This document shows, in pieces, positions 1-9,549 of a stretch of 64,000 bases of DNA. Location of the stretch: the NCBI GenBank assembly GCA_016182875.1, contig JACPFQ010000004.1, positions 183,556 to 247,555 on the forward strand. Reading direction: 5' to 3'. The position numbers and the translations under genes are program-made. The DNA is from Candidatus Doudnabacteria bacterium (GTDB taxonomy: Bacteria; Patescibacteriota; Doudnabacteria; UBA920; O2-02-FULL-48-8). Each line of letters begins with the position of its first letter. Within the stretch, counting starts at the first letter, position 1. The notes beneath the pieces are model-generated. The model did not search any database. It was given only the letters and a program-made list of their open reading frames with translations, and was not told the DNA's origin.

Positions 1-2
1 TG

Positions 3-1073
3 TATGAAAAAGTCGTCGCCACACTTGCGACGACTTTCGTTCGGAGCGAGTCGCTGGCGCGTATTCTAGCGCTGGCATTCGAGTCGGGCAAGAACGTGCT
101 CCTCTGGGGACCAGGAGGACACGGGAAGTCGGAGATGGTTCAGGCGGCGCTCGCATGCGTCGCCGAAGAAGCGAACATTTTCGTCCAGTCCTTTGGCGAG
201 GGCATGGACGAGGCGACGCTTTGGGGTGGGTTGGACTTTGCCGCGCTGGAACGTGATAAGCGCCTAGTCTATCACCCCGAGAACAGCTTCCTCAACCGGC
301 CGTACGCCGTGTTCGAGGAAATGTTCGACGCGCCGGCCTCCGTGCTCTTGGGGTTGAAAGACACCCTGACGGCGAGGAAGCTCCGGAAGGGTTCTCAGGT
401 TTTTGCAATGAAGACCAACGTGATCATCGCGATCACGAACAAGAACCCCGACGAGTTGTCGGACATTGGTCCGGCAGCGGCCGCGCTCGTCGAGCGGTTT
501 CCGCTTCAGCTCAAGGTGGATTGGCCGTCTTATAAGTCGGCCGACTACCTGGAGTTATTCCATAAGGTCGCGCCTCGGTTGACGGGCGCTGATCTCAACG
601 GAACAACCGGCGTTCTGGCCGAGGTTATGGCCAAGGCGTCGGAGGGCGGCGAGGTCGTCTCACCGCGTACCGCGGTGCACGCGCTGGGGATCGTCAAAAC
701 CGCGGCCGCGCTGCGCGGCTCGAGCAAGGTCGAGAAATCTGATTTGCTCGACTTGACGTTTCTGCCCGGGATGGAGGCTTTCGCGGCCAACCTCCGGGCG
801 GAATTGGACGCGGCCTACGAGCGATCGCAGGCCGAAGGACGGTTAGTGGAGGCGGAGCGCAAGTTCCAGTCCCTGCTGGCCACGTTCAATGAGGCCGGCG
901 GATCGCCGGTCAAGCTGCTGCAGGTCGCGAAACGTCTGCGCAGTTTTGAGGACGAGGTAGCCGGTCTGAAAGTGACCGACAATCTCGCTGACCGGCGGAA
1001 AAAGTTGCGCGAGGTTACAGCCGAGCGCGCTGGAGCCGCCCAGCAGGCGGCATTCGACAATACCCGCATCTAG
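3..1073 (+). CDS. MoxR-like AAA+ ATPase, 5' end truncated by window edge
   Basis: Frame open from nt 3 with no stop; Walker A-like GPGGHGKS; GC-rich; followed by a vWA-domain gene, the classic MoxR-vWA pairing. Confidence 0.7.
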   Translation, partial: YEKVVATLATTFVRSESLARILALAFESGKNVLLWGPGGHGKSEMVQAALACVAEEANIFVQSFGEGMDEATLWGGLDFAALERDKRLVYHPENSFLNRPYAVFEEMFDAPASVLLGLKDTLTARKLRKGSQVFAMKTNVIIAITNKNPDELSDIGPAAAALVERFPLQLKVDWPSYKSADYLELFHKVAPRLTGADLNGTTGVLAEVMAKASEGGEVVSPRTAVHALGIVKTAAALRGSSKVEKSDLLDLTFLPGMEAFAANLRAELDAAYERSQAEGRLVEAERKFQSLLATFNEAGGSPVKLLQVAKRLRSFEDEVAGLKVTDNLADRRKKLREVTAERAGAAQQAAFDNTRI

Positions 1074-1090
1074 GCGGGAGGAGGCGTACG

Positions 1091-1744
1091 ATGTCGTACT
1101 CGTTTCGGACGTCGCCGCCTCCCACCTATCTTCCGCCGCAAGCGGAGGAGATGCGGGAAGCGGCCAGTAAGGTCGGCCTCAAGTCTTTTAGTCGGGATTT
1201 AGTGGCTGACCTCTGTAACCTGGCGGCTGGTGGGCAAGTAACTCCACCGTCAGGCTACCGCGACACGGTGCGTAGCCGTGTCGAGGAAACGCTCCCACCT
1301 AGGGATGCGAGTGGTCTCTGGTCTATTCCCGCCCGAACGGGTGGGAAGAAGTTCGGAACCATTCGTAGCAAAGACCGCCGCGAGGTGGTCGAAGTCCTGA
1401 CCGAGGAACAGATGAGGTACCACCGCAATGTCTGCGATTTCTTGCAGACGGTGGACCTTCAAAAATTCCCCGGCAATAGTCCGCTGGAGCAGGCGATGAG
1501 TTTGCTCAAATTGTTGTCGAAACAGCAGGGCGGACAGGGCGGCGGTGAAGCTGGGGAACCCCTCCCCATCTTTGCCGAAAATGAAAGACCAGAGGGGACG
1601 GCTGAAGCCCTCCATGATGTCATGGATCAGGTGGATTCGCTCTCCGAGGAAGAGCAGGACATGCTTGATCCCTCCGGCGCGAACCACCCGGTGATCCAGG
1701 ACTCACCGGAGGGCGACGGTCAGCGGACCGGGCACCATCTCCCG
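1091..1744 (+). CDS. Hypothetical protein, probably the N-terminal segment of the downstream vWA protein split by a +1 frameshift
   Basis: GGAGG RBS 5-10 nt before ATG 1091; this frame stays open to 2071 but its translation after ~1745 looks like off-frame GC-rich noise; the vWA frame opens at 1695. Confidence 0.35.
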
Positions 1745-1748
1745 CAAA

Positions 1749-2438
1749 TTGGATCAATTCACCAAGATGCAGGTTCGTCGCCAGTGTCTGGTGGAACCGG
1801 ATCCCACTGGCGAAGAAGTTCGCCAGCGTCCGATCCGGCACTTGGGAGAACTGTCTCGGGTGGCCAAACAGGAATGGGCGACGCGCCAGCAAGCGCCGAC
1901 CTACTTTTTGTACAAAGCCATCTCGGGGCAGCTCCCTGTGCGCGAGCGCGTGACGAGGGTGGAGCGCAAGCAGGCAATCTTCATCCTCGTCGATGGATCC
2001 GGCTCGATGTCGGGCAAGAAGCACTGGAAGGCAACTGGGGTCGTGATGAACCGGTTGAAGTCCGTGCTTGATGGAGACTCGGAAGTTTGGTTGTCGGTTT
2101 TTGACACCAAACTAACCAAAGTCTTCCATGCCACCAACCCGGTGGAGGCCCGCGAACTGATCAAGAAGTTCGCCGCGGGCAACTTCACCGGGGGTGGCAC
2201 TGACATCGCGGCCGCGACTAAGGCCGCGCATGACTATGTTGAGGACCAGATCCAAAAGGGTGCGGCATTATGGCGCCCGGAGGTTGTGGTCCTCACGGAT
2301 GAAGATACTTCCGTGGCCAGTCTCCGCAAGGAGATGATCCCGGGCACGCGTGTGCACGGGTTTGCCATGGAAGTGAAGAACCCCTCGCTCGTCGCGTTCG
2401 CGAAGAGCACGGGCGGGGTCGGCATGGATCAGTTTTAG
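1749..2438 (+). CDS. von Willebrand factor A (vWA) domain protein
   Basis: MIDAS motif ILVDGSGSMSG...TDG-like; TTG or downstream ATG start; partner of the upstream AAA+ ATPase. Confidence 0.7.
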   Translation: MDQFTKMQVRRQCLVEPDPTGEEVRQRPIRHLGELSRVAKQEWATRQQAPTYFLYKAISGQLPVRERVTRVERKQAIFILVDGSGSMSGKKHWKATGVVMNRLKSVLDGDSEVWLSVFDTKLTKVFHATNPVEARELIKKFAAGNFTGGGTDIAAATKAAHDYVEDQIQKGAALWRPEVVVLTDEDTSVASLRKEMIPGTRVHGFAMEVKNPSLVAFAKSTGGVGMDQF

Positions 2439-2878
2439 GAAGGAGACTGAAATGATCCGTGGTCCGCCGAAAATAACAAAGCTTTACCGGTTTTTGCTCA
2501 AAGCTCCTGCGGGAGAAACCGGTCGTGGTTACTCACGTACAAGCCCAACTCTTCGTACCAGGTAAAAGGTAATAAGCGAAGAGAGCTGACATCTCCACTG
2601 TCCCGGAGTCGGCGTTGTCGATCAATAGAAATTCGATCGACGCGTGGTTACGGCTCAGGGAGTGGCGGCCCCAATCAACCGCCGAACTTTACGCGAGTTT
2701 CTGCTTGCAGCGTAAAGAACGAGGAGTAAAATTCTCCTCTAAAGCAGGCACTTGGATTAGGAGAGAATTGGACCGCACATCCAGTTTTCTCCCTTCCTCC
2801 TAAGGTCATGAATCACGTATCACGCAACACGTATCATGGCTTTGGATGGGAGAGAATTCCAAATTGGAGGAGTTAAAC

Positions 2879-3112
2879 ATGGCGAGAGAAGTGGATTTGG
2901 ATGAACTTTTGCTGTCGCCGCGGGCCGTATTCGGATGGCTAGCCAAGGTCCGGGAATCGGCAGTCGCGCTGGAAGGTGTGAATCCGCAGTTGATTCCGGA
3001 TGAACGCGCCCGGATCAATGACGACGGCACGCTCACTATCTTCGTGGAAATCCCGGGGATAATAACCATAAGCATGGAGGTGCCGCGCGGCGATTGGGCG
3101 TATCGCCAGTGA
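2879..3112 (+). CDS. hypothetical small protein
   Basis: ORF with AGGAG RBS before ATG 2879; no recognisable motifs. Confidence 0.4.
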   Translation: MAREVDLDELLLSPRAVFGWLAKVRESAVALEGVNPQLIPDERARINDDGTLTIFVEIPGIITISMEVPRGDWAYRQ

Positions 3113-3263
3113 TAGTTAATGGTTTAGGGTTATCCATTAGATAAAACCCTTACTCTTTCTTATTTTTCTTTCCGGATCTGCCGGGGATACTCTCTCCTTC
3201 AGCCCCAGTTTTTTATAAAACCGGAGCTGAATCCCCGTCAGTTTTGGGAAGGAAATTTGAATT

Positions 3264-3295
3264 TAAAAAAACCGCCTAAATCGAGGCGGTTTTTG
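3264..3295. terminator. bidirectional rho-independent terminator hairpin (ccgcc-N-ggcgg, flanked by A-run and T-run)
   Basis: aaaaaaaccgcctaaatcgaggcggtttttgg. Confidence 0.6.
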
Positions 3296-3518
3296 GTTCG
3301 CTGACGGGCTTGAGCCCTAATTTGTTTTCTATGCGCTTCACCCGGACTTCAAGACTTACATATTCCACGTGCAAGGCTTTGTCTACTTCGGATTCAATAC
3401 GGCTAATGTCAGTTTTGAGTTCATCTTTTAAATCAACCAGATCTTGCCTAGAAGCAGCATTATCAAAGCCGTTTTTGATCATAACAGCCAAATCTTCATT
3501 TGTGACTTGTTTTGTCAT
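3276..3518 (-). CDS. hypothetical 80-aa protein
   Basis: ORF only; charged helical composition. Confidence 0.4.
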   Translation of the reverse strand: MTKQVTNEDLAVMIKNGFDNAASRQDLVDLKDELKTDISRIESEVDKALHVEYVSLEVRVKRIENKLGLKPVSEPKTASI

Positions 3519-3627
3519 ATTTTTCCTTTCTGCCGCGGGTTAAATTCGGTAACTTTTATTTTAATCCCGGAAAATAATCCTGTCAAAAGTTGATAGTTGT
3601 TAGTTAATAGTTTATAATTTTTAAGCT

Positions 3628-3789
3628 ATGCCAGGTACTGAGAATTTGACCCGCGATTATGTTTTTATGAAAAAATCCTCAATCAAAACATATCGCGATA
3701 TAATTTTCGACCAGTCCATCACCGCCGCCGGCATGGGCTGCATGGCGGCCATGGACGCCGAAAAGTATCTGGAAATGGACCACGGCTAG
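3628..3789 (+). pseudogene. thioredoxin reductase C-terminal fragment (53 codons) carried on a repeated sequence
   Basis: Translates to ...YRDIIFDQSITAAGMGCMAAMDAEKYLEMDHG*, matching the conserved TrxB C-terminus (YRQAITAAGxGCxAAxDAEKYL); no upstream TrxB body; first ~87 bp repeated at 32429..32519. Confidence 0.5.
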
Positions 3790-3848
3790 TCGTTGCAAGA
3801 AAAAATAGCTTGTGTTAAATTATGAATAATTAAAATAAACTATGTCTT

Positions 3849-4241
3849 ATGTATACGGAGCGCGAAGGTCCAACACCCGAAGAGCTTGGTCAGACTCCCG
3901 AGGTTAGAAATCCAGTATTGGAACGATACGGACGTGAAATCAGCGGTTTGTTAATTAGGGCCAGAGAAAGATTAGATTATCTTAACAATTTTAATCTAAG
4001 CGACAAGGCAGCTAGAATTCAGGCCGCAGGCAGACTTGCTGATGAGTCGGAAGTTGCAAGCTATCAGAATATTAAACGAGGATCGGCTGTACTCACTAGG
4101 ATGATCGAAGACTTAGAATTGGCTCAGTCAGCGGTGTCTGAGGGAAGAAGTAACGTGAATCCACTAAAACATGTCGAAGATGTTATTAGAAGTGCCAGAG
4201 AAACCTGGAAACGGGAATTTGAACCACCGGATTCAAGGTAG
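3849..4241 (+). CDS. hypothetical protein
   Basis: ORF only. Confidence 0.45.
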   Translation: MYTEREGPTPEELGQTPEVRNPVLERYGREISGLLIRARERLDYLNNFNLSDKAARIQAAGRLADESEVASYQNIKRGSAVLTRMIEDLELAQSAVSEGRSNVNPLKHVEDVIRSARETWKREFEPPDSR

Positions 4242-4311
4242 CTGAAGAAAAAATTGACCGGCGCAAGCCGGTTTTGATTATGCCCCCTTCTTTGCTATAA
4301 TTTTTAAGCTT

Positions 4312-4818
4312 ATGAAAACCGTTATTGTCATCGTCATTGTCATGGTTGCTTTTTTGGGCTTAGGCTTTTTATTGTTTAAGCAATCAAACAAGCCTGAATC
4401 GCCCAAGGATTTGCCAGGCCAAGCCATTGAACTGCAGGGAGCACAACATATCCCAGAAGGTTCCACTGACCATCCACCATATAATTCCAATCCGCCGACT
4501 TCGGGCTGGCACTGGCCGCAGCCAGCAAGCTGGGGCGCTTATAATGAATCCCAGCCGGACGAGCGTCTGATTCATAATTTGGAACATGGCGGCATTTGGA
4601 TTTCATATAAGTCCAGTTTGGATTCCACAACCGTTGAGCTGCTTAAGGACTTTGCCCGCCGATATCGCAAAGTTATTGTCGCTCCCCGGGATGCCAATGA
4701 TAGCCTGATTGCTGTTGTCGCGTGGGGGAGATTGATGAAGTTGGATGGTTTTGACGAAAACCAAATCCTGAAGTTTATCGAAGCGTATTATGACGAGGGC
4801 CCAGAGAAAGCTCCATAG
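4312..4818 (+). CDS. membrane-anchored DUF3105-like protein
   Basis: N-terminal TM; conserved HNLEHGGIWISY block. Confidence 0.55.
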   Translation: MKTVIVIVIVMVAFLGLGFLLFKQSNKPESPKDLPGQAIELQGAQHIPEGSTDHPPYNSNPPTSGWHWPQPASWGAYNESQPDERLIHNLEHGGIWISYKSSLDSTTVELLKDFARRYRKVIVAPRDANDSLIAVVAWGRLMKLDGFDENQILKFIEAYYDEGPEKAP

Positions 4819-4822
4819 CAAT

Positions 4823-6067
4823 ATGCCAAGCAAAATGAATCCATTTAAATCCGCCATGCAGCAGCTGACTGAAGCGGCGGCGGTCATGAAGCTGGATAAG
4901 GAAATCCTATCAGCACTTCGCGAACCAGACCGCACCATAAACGTCAGCCTGCCCGTTCGCATGGATGATGGCCGAATAAAAGTTTTTCAAGGCTACAGAA
5001 TCCAGTACAATGACGCCCGCGGGCCTTATAAAGGCGGAATGCGCTACCATCCGCAGGTAAATATGGATGAAATAAAAGCCTTGGGTTTTTTGCAGACCAT
5101 CAAAAACGCCGTGGTCAATTTGTTTTATGGCGGCGCCAAAGGCGGGATTAGCGTTGACCCCAAAAAATTGTCCAAAGCCGAGCTTGAGCGGCTGTCTCGA
5201 ATGTTCATCCAAAGAATCGCTAAGGACATTGGTCCAGAAACTGACGTTCCGGCCCCGGACGTCAATACCGACTCGGAAATTATGGGCTGGATGGTTGACG
5301 AGTATTCAAAAATCGTGGGTAAATTTACGCCGGCCGCGATAACCGGAAAACCCTTGAGCCTCGGCGGCTCGCAAGGCCGGGAAGAGGCGACTGGCTACGG
5401 CGGCATGGTCGTTTTGAAGCAAATTCTAAAAGAGCAAAAAATCAAAAAGCTGCCGACAGTCGCCGTTCAGGGATTTGGCAATGTTGGCTACTTTTTTGCC
5501 TTATTCGCCCAGTCTTCCAACTTCAAAGTCGTCGCGGTTTCCGACTCGAAGGGCGGAATTTACTCGGCTAAAGGACTGGATGTCAGGAAGGTTCACGAGT
5601 GGAAGAAGCAAATGGGGCAGCTGAAGGGCTACCCGGGAAGCACCACCCTTTCGAACGAGCAGCTGCTTGAGCTGCCGGTTGACGTTTTGGTTCCAGCGGC
5701 CTTGGAAAATCAAATTCACAAAGACAACGCGAAAAAAATTCAGGCCAGGATTATCGTGGAAATGGGCAACGGTCCGGTAACCGCGGAAGCCGACCCGATC
5801 TTGATAAAAAGAAAAATTTTGGTCGTCCCGGACGTTTTGGCCAACTCCGGAGGCGTGGCCACTTCTTATCTTGAATGGTCCCAAAATCGAAGCGGCGTTT
5901 ACTGGTCGGAGCAGGAGGTATTGCAGAAGCTAGAAGCATACATGATTGCCGCAACCCGCAACGTTTTGTCGACTGTTCGCGAATACAAGGTCGCCGATTT
6001 GCGCACTGCGGCCTTTATTTTGGCGCTTAGGCGCATTGCTGATGCAATGCAGGCCAGAGGGCTGTAG
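4823..6067 (+). CDS. gdhA: glutamate dehydrogenase (Glu/Leu/Phe/Val dehydrogenase family)
   Basis: GGxxxGGAKGG-type motifs (FYGGAKGGISVDP), QGFGNVG NAD(P)-binding Rossmann motif. Confidence 0.9.
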   Translation: MPSKMNPFKSAMQQLTEAAAVMKLDKEILSALREPDRTINVSLPVRMDDGRIKVFQGYRIQYNDARGPYKGGMRYHPQVNMDEIKALGFLQTIKNAVVNLFYGGAKGGISVDPKKLSKAELERLSRMFIQRIAKDIGPETDVPAPDVNTDSEIMGWMVDEYSKIVGKFTPAAITGKPLSLGGSQGREEATGYGGMVVLKQILKEQKIKKLPTVAVQGFGNVGYFFALFAQSSNFKVVAVSDSKGGIYSAKGLDVRKVHEWKKQMGQLKGYPGSTTLSNEQLLELPVDVLVPAALENQIHKDNAKKIQARIIVEMGNGPVTAEADPILIKRKILVVPDVLANSGGVATSYLEWSQNRSGVYWSEQEVLQKLEAYMIAATRNVLSTVREYKVADLRTAAFILALRRIADAMQARGL

Positions 6068-6093
6068 TATAATTATTACCAGAAAGGAAAAAC

Positions 6094-6489
6094 ATGAAAT
6101 TTAAATTATTGTTAGTCTTGGCAGTTTTGGTCTTCGGAGCTGCCGCGTGCAATAAAAAAACGGAAAATCCCGCTGCCTCACTGCCTCCCATTAAAGCAAC
6201 CCCAACAGAAGTTGCTCAACAGGAAGTTATCGTTTCGGAAAATGGTTTTTCGCCTTCAGAGATCACAATCAAGAAAGGCAGTGTGGTCACTTTTATAAAT
6301 AAAAGCAGCAAAGCGGTCTGGCCAGCCTCGGATCCCCACCCCACGCACACTGATTATTCCGGTTTTGATCCAAAAAAAGCTGTTGAATCCGGAGCCAGCT
6401 GGAGCTTTACCTTCGATCAGATTGGCGAATGGGGGTATCATGACCACTTATCGCCATTTCGGAAAGGAACGATCAAAGTTACGGATTAA
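6094..6489 (+). CDS. cupredoxin-like lipoprotein
   Basis: Signal peptide plus lipobox AAC; plastocyanin-like segment GSVVTFINKSS...H..H. Confidence 0.5.
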   Translation: MKFKLLLVLAVLVFGAAACNKKTENPAASLPPIKATPTEVAQQEVIVSENGFSPSEITIKKGSVVTFINKSSKAVWPASDPHPTHTDYSGFDPKKAVESGASWSFTFDQIGEWGYHDHLSPFRKGTIKVTD

Positions 6490-7058
6490 GAATTGGCTCT
6501 CTCCACGTATTCACCGCTTCTCGTATCCACCCGGACAATATCGCCTTCTTTGATAAAGAGCGGGACATTTACCGTAATCCCGGTTTCCAGTTTGGCCGGC
6601 TTAGAGCCGCCGGTTGCAGTATCACCTTTGATGCCTGGGGCGGCTTCTACCACCTTCAATTCGATTTTTATGGGCAGTTCCAGCCCGATGGGGCGATCTT
6701 CAAAAAAAATAACAGTTGTCTCACTGCCTTCCTTAAGAAAGCCTTTTTGCTCGGCAATGACGTCCTCCGGCAGCAAAATGGTTTCAAAAGTTTGAGGATC
6801 CATGAAGTTGGCGCCCGACTGGTCGTTATACAAAAACTGCGCTTTTTTTTTGACGATATCCGCGCCCTCCACCTTTTCGCCGAATTTGAACGAATATTCC
6901 ATGACTTTGCCGGTAATCAGATTGCGCATCTTGGTTTGAATAACCGGCTTGCGCTGAGCGGTGCGCATAAAATTAGACCAGATGATTTGATAGGGCTGGT
7001 CTTGGTATTTGATGATTGTCCCGACAGATTTGAGGTCTGAGAAATCGAGAACTGACAT
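6486..7058 (-). CDS. efp: elongation factor P
   Basis: Full-length EF-P similarity (KPGKGxA-like region, three-domain length). Confidence 0.9.
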   Translation of the reverse strand: MSVLDFSDLKSVGTIIKYQDQPYQIIWSNFMRTAQRKPVIQTKMRNLITGKVMEYSFKFGEKVEGADIVKKKAQFLYNDQSGANFMDPQTFETILLPEDVIAEQKGFLKEGSETTVIFFEDRPIGLELPIKIELKVVEAAPGIKGDTATGGSKPAKLETGITVNVPLFIKEGDIVRVDTRSGEYVERANS

Positions 7059-7150
7059 GGAGAATTATAAATTTTAAGTTTTAAATTTGAAATAAAATAT
7101 TTAAATAATAAAATTATATTTAAAATTGCTAATTTATAATTTAAAATTAT

Positions 7151-7372
7151 TTAAGTGCTTACGAAGGGCAGCAGTGCCATATGCCGGGCGCGTTTTAAGG
7201 CTCGCACCACCATCCGCTGGTGGGAAGCGCAGTTGCCGGTGCGCGCGCGGGACAAGATTTTGGCATGCGGCGACATGAACCGCCTGAGAAACTGGGTGTC
7301 TTTATAGTCAGCGTATGAAATTTTTTCCTGGCAGAAGACGCAGGATTTTTTGATTTGCTGTGGTATACCCAT
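7151..7372 (-). CDS. rpsR: 30S ribosomal protein S18
   Basis: CxFCxxK...YKD...L..F motif; rpsF-ssb-rpsR operon context. Confidence 0.85.
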   Translation of the reverse strand: MGIPQQIKKSCVFCQEKISYADYKDTQFLRRFMSPHAKILSRARTGNCASHQRMVVRALKRARHMALLPFVST

Positions 7373-7375
7373 AGT

Positions 7376-7801
7376 TTAGAAAGGGATATCGCTATCCTCG
7401 ATTTGAATGACCGACTCCTCGGGCTGGGACGCTGGCTGTTGGGCCGGCTGTTCGGCTGCTGGGCTTCCGGGAGTAGTCCTGGGCCCAAGCTGAATTTTTT
7501 CAGCAATAATTTCGGTCCGGTTCTTTTTCTGGCCGTCATTGCCGTCCCAGGACCTCGTCTGGAGCCGGCCTTCGACGTAAACTATCGAGCCTTTTTTCAG
7601 GTATTGTTCTGCGATGTCGGCGAGTCTGCGCCAAACCACGACGTTATGGAATTCGACCTGCTCGTGCTTCTGTCCTTGCTGGTCGGTCCAGCGATAATTG
7701 GTGGCCACGCCGAAGGAAGCAACCTTAGCGCCGCTGGGAGTAGAGCGGACTTCCGGGTCGCGGGTCAAGCGCCCAATAATCATTGCTTTGTTTAAGTCCA
7801 T
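7376..7801 (-). CDS. ssb: single-stranded DNA-binding protein
   Basis: OB-fold SSB N-terminus; acidic C-terminal tail ending DIPF. Confidence 0.9.
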   Translation of the reverse strand: MDLNKAMIIGRLTRDPEVRSTPSGAKVASFGVATNYRWTDQQGQKHEQVEFHNVVVWRRLADIAEQYLKKGSIVYVEGRLQTRSWDGNDGQKKNRTEIIAEKIQLGPRTTPGSPAAEQPAQQPASQPEESVIQIEDSDIPF

Positions 7802-7821
7802 AGAATTATTTTTTAATGATT

Positions 7822-7879
7822 AATTTTGAATTTTGATTCAAATTCGAATTTAAGAAATTAGAATATTCATTCGAAATTC
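7822..7879. repeat. 58-bp intergenic repeat, copy 1 (second copy 59266..59323)
   Basis: Identical aattttgaattttgattcaaattcgaatttaagaaattagaatattcattcgaaattc in both rpsF-ssb and der-LCP intergenic regions; contains two short palindromes. Confidence 0.6.
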
Positions 7880-7920
7880 CCGCCGGAGGCGAGGCTCGCC
7901 CAAGGCGGCAAAACTCGAAA

Positions 7921-8370
7921 TTATTTAGTAAGATCCTCTGAGCCTAGTGCCTTGGCAATCTTCTGCTCCAGCTCGGTCTCGGTCAGCTTAATTTCAGGCC
8001 CCGCCGGTTTAACTTCAGGCTTTGGCCTTCTCAGCGGCTTCATTTTTTCTTTATAGGCGGCATCCTTGGCTTTTCTGCGTTCGAGTTCTTCGACATTAAC
8101 GACCAGGTAGCGGATAATCGAGTCCAGGCTTCGCAGCTTATTGTCCAGGGCCGCAAGCTTGGGAGAATCAAAGTTGAAGGTTTGTAAAATATAAAAACCG
8201 TTCCTGGTTTTCTTGATTGGGTAGGCTAGTTTTTTCTTTCCCAGCAACTCGGAAGTCAAGATTGTTCCGCCCTCGTCCTTGATAAATTTGTCTACTTCAG
8301 AATTGATTTGGGGGGCGTCGTTGTCGGAAACGGCTGAAGATAAAATATACATCAACTCATATTTTGGCAT
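7921..8370 (-). CDS. rpsF: 30S ribosomal protein S6 with C-terminal extension
   Basis: MxxYExxxIL S6 N-terminus; operon context. Confidence 0.85.
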   Translation of the reverse strand: MPKYELMYILSSAVSDNDAPQINSEVDKFIKDEGGTILTSELLGKKKLAYPIKKTRNGFYILQTFNFDSPKLAALDNKLRSLDSIIRYLVVNVEELERRKAKDAAYKEKMKPLRRPKPEVKPAGPEIKLTETELEQKIAKALGSEDLTK

Positions 8371-8484
8371 CTTGGGATTGCTCCTTGGGATCAGCCGCCG
8401 TATTTCAGGGGCCGAATATAAAGCTTAAATTGTAGCCCTGCTATTTTAGCAAAAACCACGAGCCTTGGTCAAGGATAGAATGTG

Positions 8485-9549
8485 CTACGGGTTGAACCGG
8501 AAATGGACCACGTCGCCGTCCTCAACTACGTAATCTTTTCCTTCGAGGCGGAGCCAGCCCTTATCGCGCGCGCCTGCATAGCCGCCAGCTTCGAGTAGTT
8601 TATCCCAGGCTATCACCTCGGCCTTGATAAATCCCTTTTCGAAGTCAGTATGGATGACTCCGGCAGCTTGCGGAGCTTTTGTACCCTTCACGATAGTCCA
8701 TGCCTTAGTTTCTTTTGGTCCAGCCGTGAAAAAAGTTATTAGATTTAAAAGTTTATAAGCTGCTCGAGCCAAACGGTCCAAGCCGGATTCGGTTATTCCT
8801 AGTTCTTTCATGTATTCCGCGCGCTCTTCGTCTTTGAGCTCTGCCAGTTCTGATTCGAGCTTGACGTCGATTGGAATAACCGGGCTTGACATAAAAATAT
8901 CGACCGATATTTTTATGTCATTGCTAGCATTAGCTATATAAAGTGTAGGCTTCATGGTCAGAAGCTGCAATTGCTTCACAAGACGCAGTTCTTCCTCGGC
9001 TAAAACCACTGTACGGGCAAGTTTTCCGGCTTCCAAAGAACTCTTGATTTTCTCCAAAGCATTTTTGAGTGCTATAGCCTCTTTGTCGCCGGATTTAACC
9101 TCGCGCACCAAACCTTCAAGCCGCTTGTTGATAGTAGATAAGTCCGCCAGCATCAGCTCCAGGTTGACGACCTCGATATCCCTTTCCGGATTAACCGAGC
9201 CGTCGACATGAATAATGTCCTTGTTTTCAAAAAACCGCACGACCTGAACTATCGCGTCGACTTCGCGGATATGGGATAAAAATTTGTTACCCAAACCATT
9301 ACCTTCCGCCGCCCCTTTGACCAAGCCCGCGATGTCGACAAATTCAATCGAGGTAGGAACCAGCTTTTCGGACTTCTCGAGTTTCGCAAGCTTCTCTATC
9401 CTTTCGTCAGGCACGGCAATCACCCCCACGTTCGGCTCGATGGTGGTAAAGGGAAAATTCGAGGCCGCCGCGGCCTGTTTGGTTAGAGCGTTAAATAAAG
9501 TCGACTTCCCAACGTTGGGAAGTCCAACGATGCCGACAGAGAATGACAT
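8485..9549 (-). CDS. ychF: ribosome-binding ATPase YchF (Obg family)
   Basis: GLPNVGKST P-loop, TGS-like C-terminus. Confidence 0.9.
   Translation of the reverse strand: MSFSVGIVGLPNVGKSTLFNALTKQAAAASNFPFTTIEPNVGVIAVPDERIEKLAKLEKSEKLVPTSIEFVDIAGLVKGAAEGNGLGNKFLSHIREVDAIVQVVRFFENKDIIHVDGSVNPERDIEVVNLELMLADLSTINKRLEGLVREVKSGDKEAIALKNALEKIKSSLEAGKLARTVVLAEEELRLVKQLQLLTMKPTLYIANASNDIKISVDIFMSSPVIPIDVKLESELAELKDEERAEYMKELGITESGLDRLARAAYKLLNLITFFTAGPKETKAWTIVKGTKAPQAAGVIHTDFEKGFIKAEVIAWDKLLEAGGYAGARDKGWLRLEGKDYVVEDGDVVHFRFNP

Noticed and set aside
545-1069. Minus-strand ORFs 545..790 and 815..1069 (and many similar ORFs in GC-rich regions, e.g. 1250..2024, 20532..21443, 55397..56077)
   Set aside because: They lie antisense to well-supported genes (MoxR, vWA, uvrA, DGR target). 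Long open frames are expected by chance in 60% GC DNA, and their translations are Arg/Ala/Pro-rich noise
1745-2071. Continuation of the 1091 reading frame to 2071 as a 326-aa protein
   Set aside because: Downstream part overlaps the strong vWA domain in another frame and is compositionally non-protein-like; a frameshift into the vWA frame is more plausible
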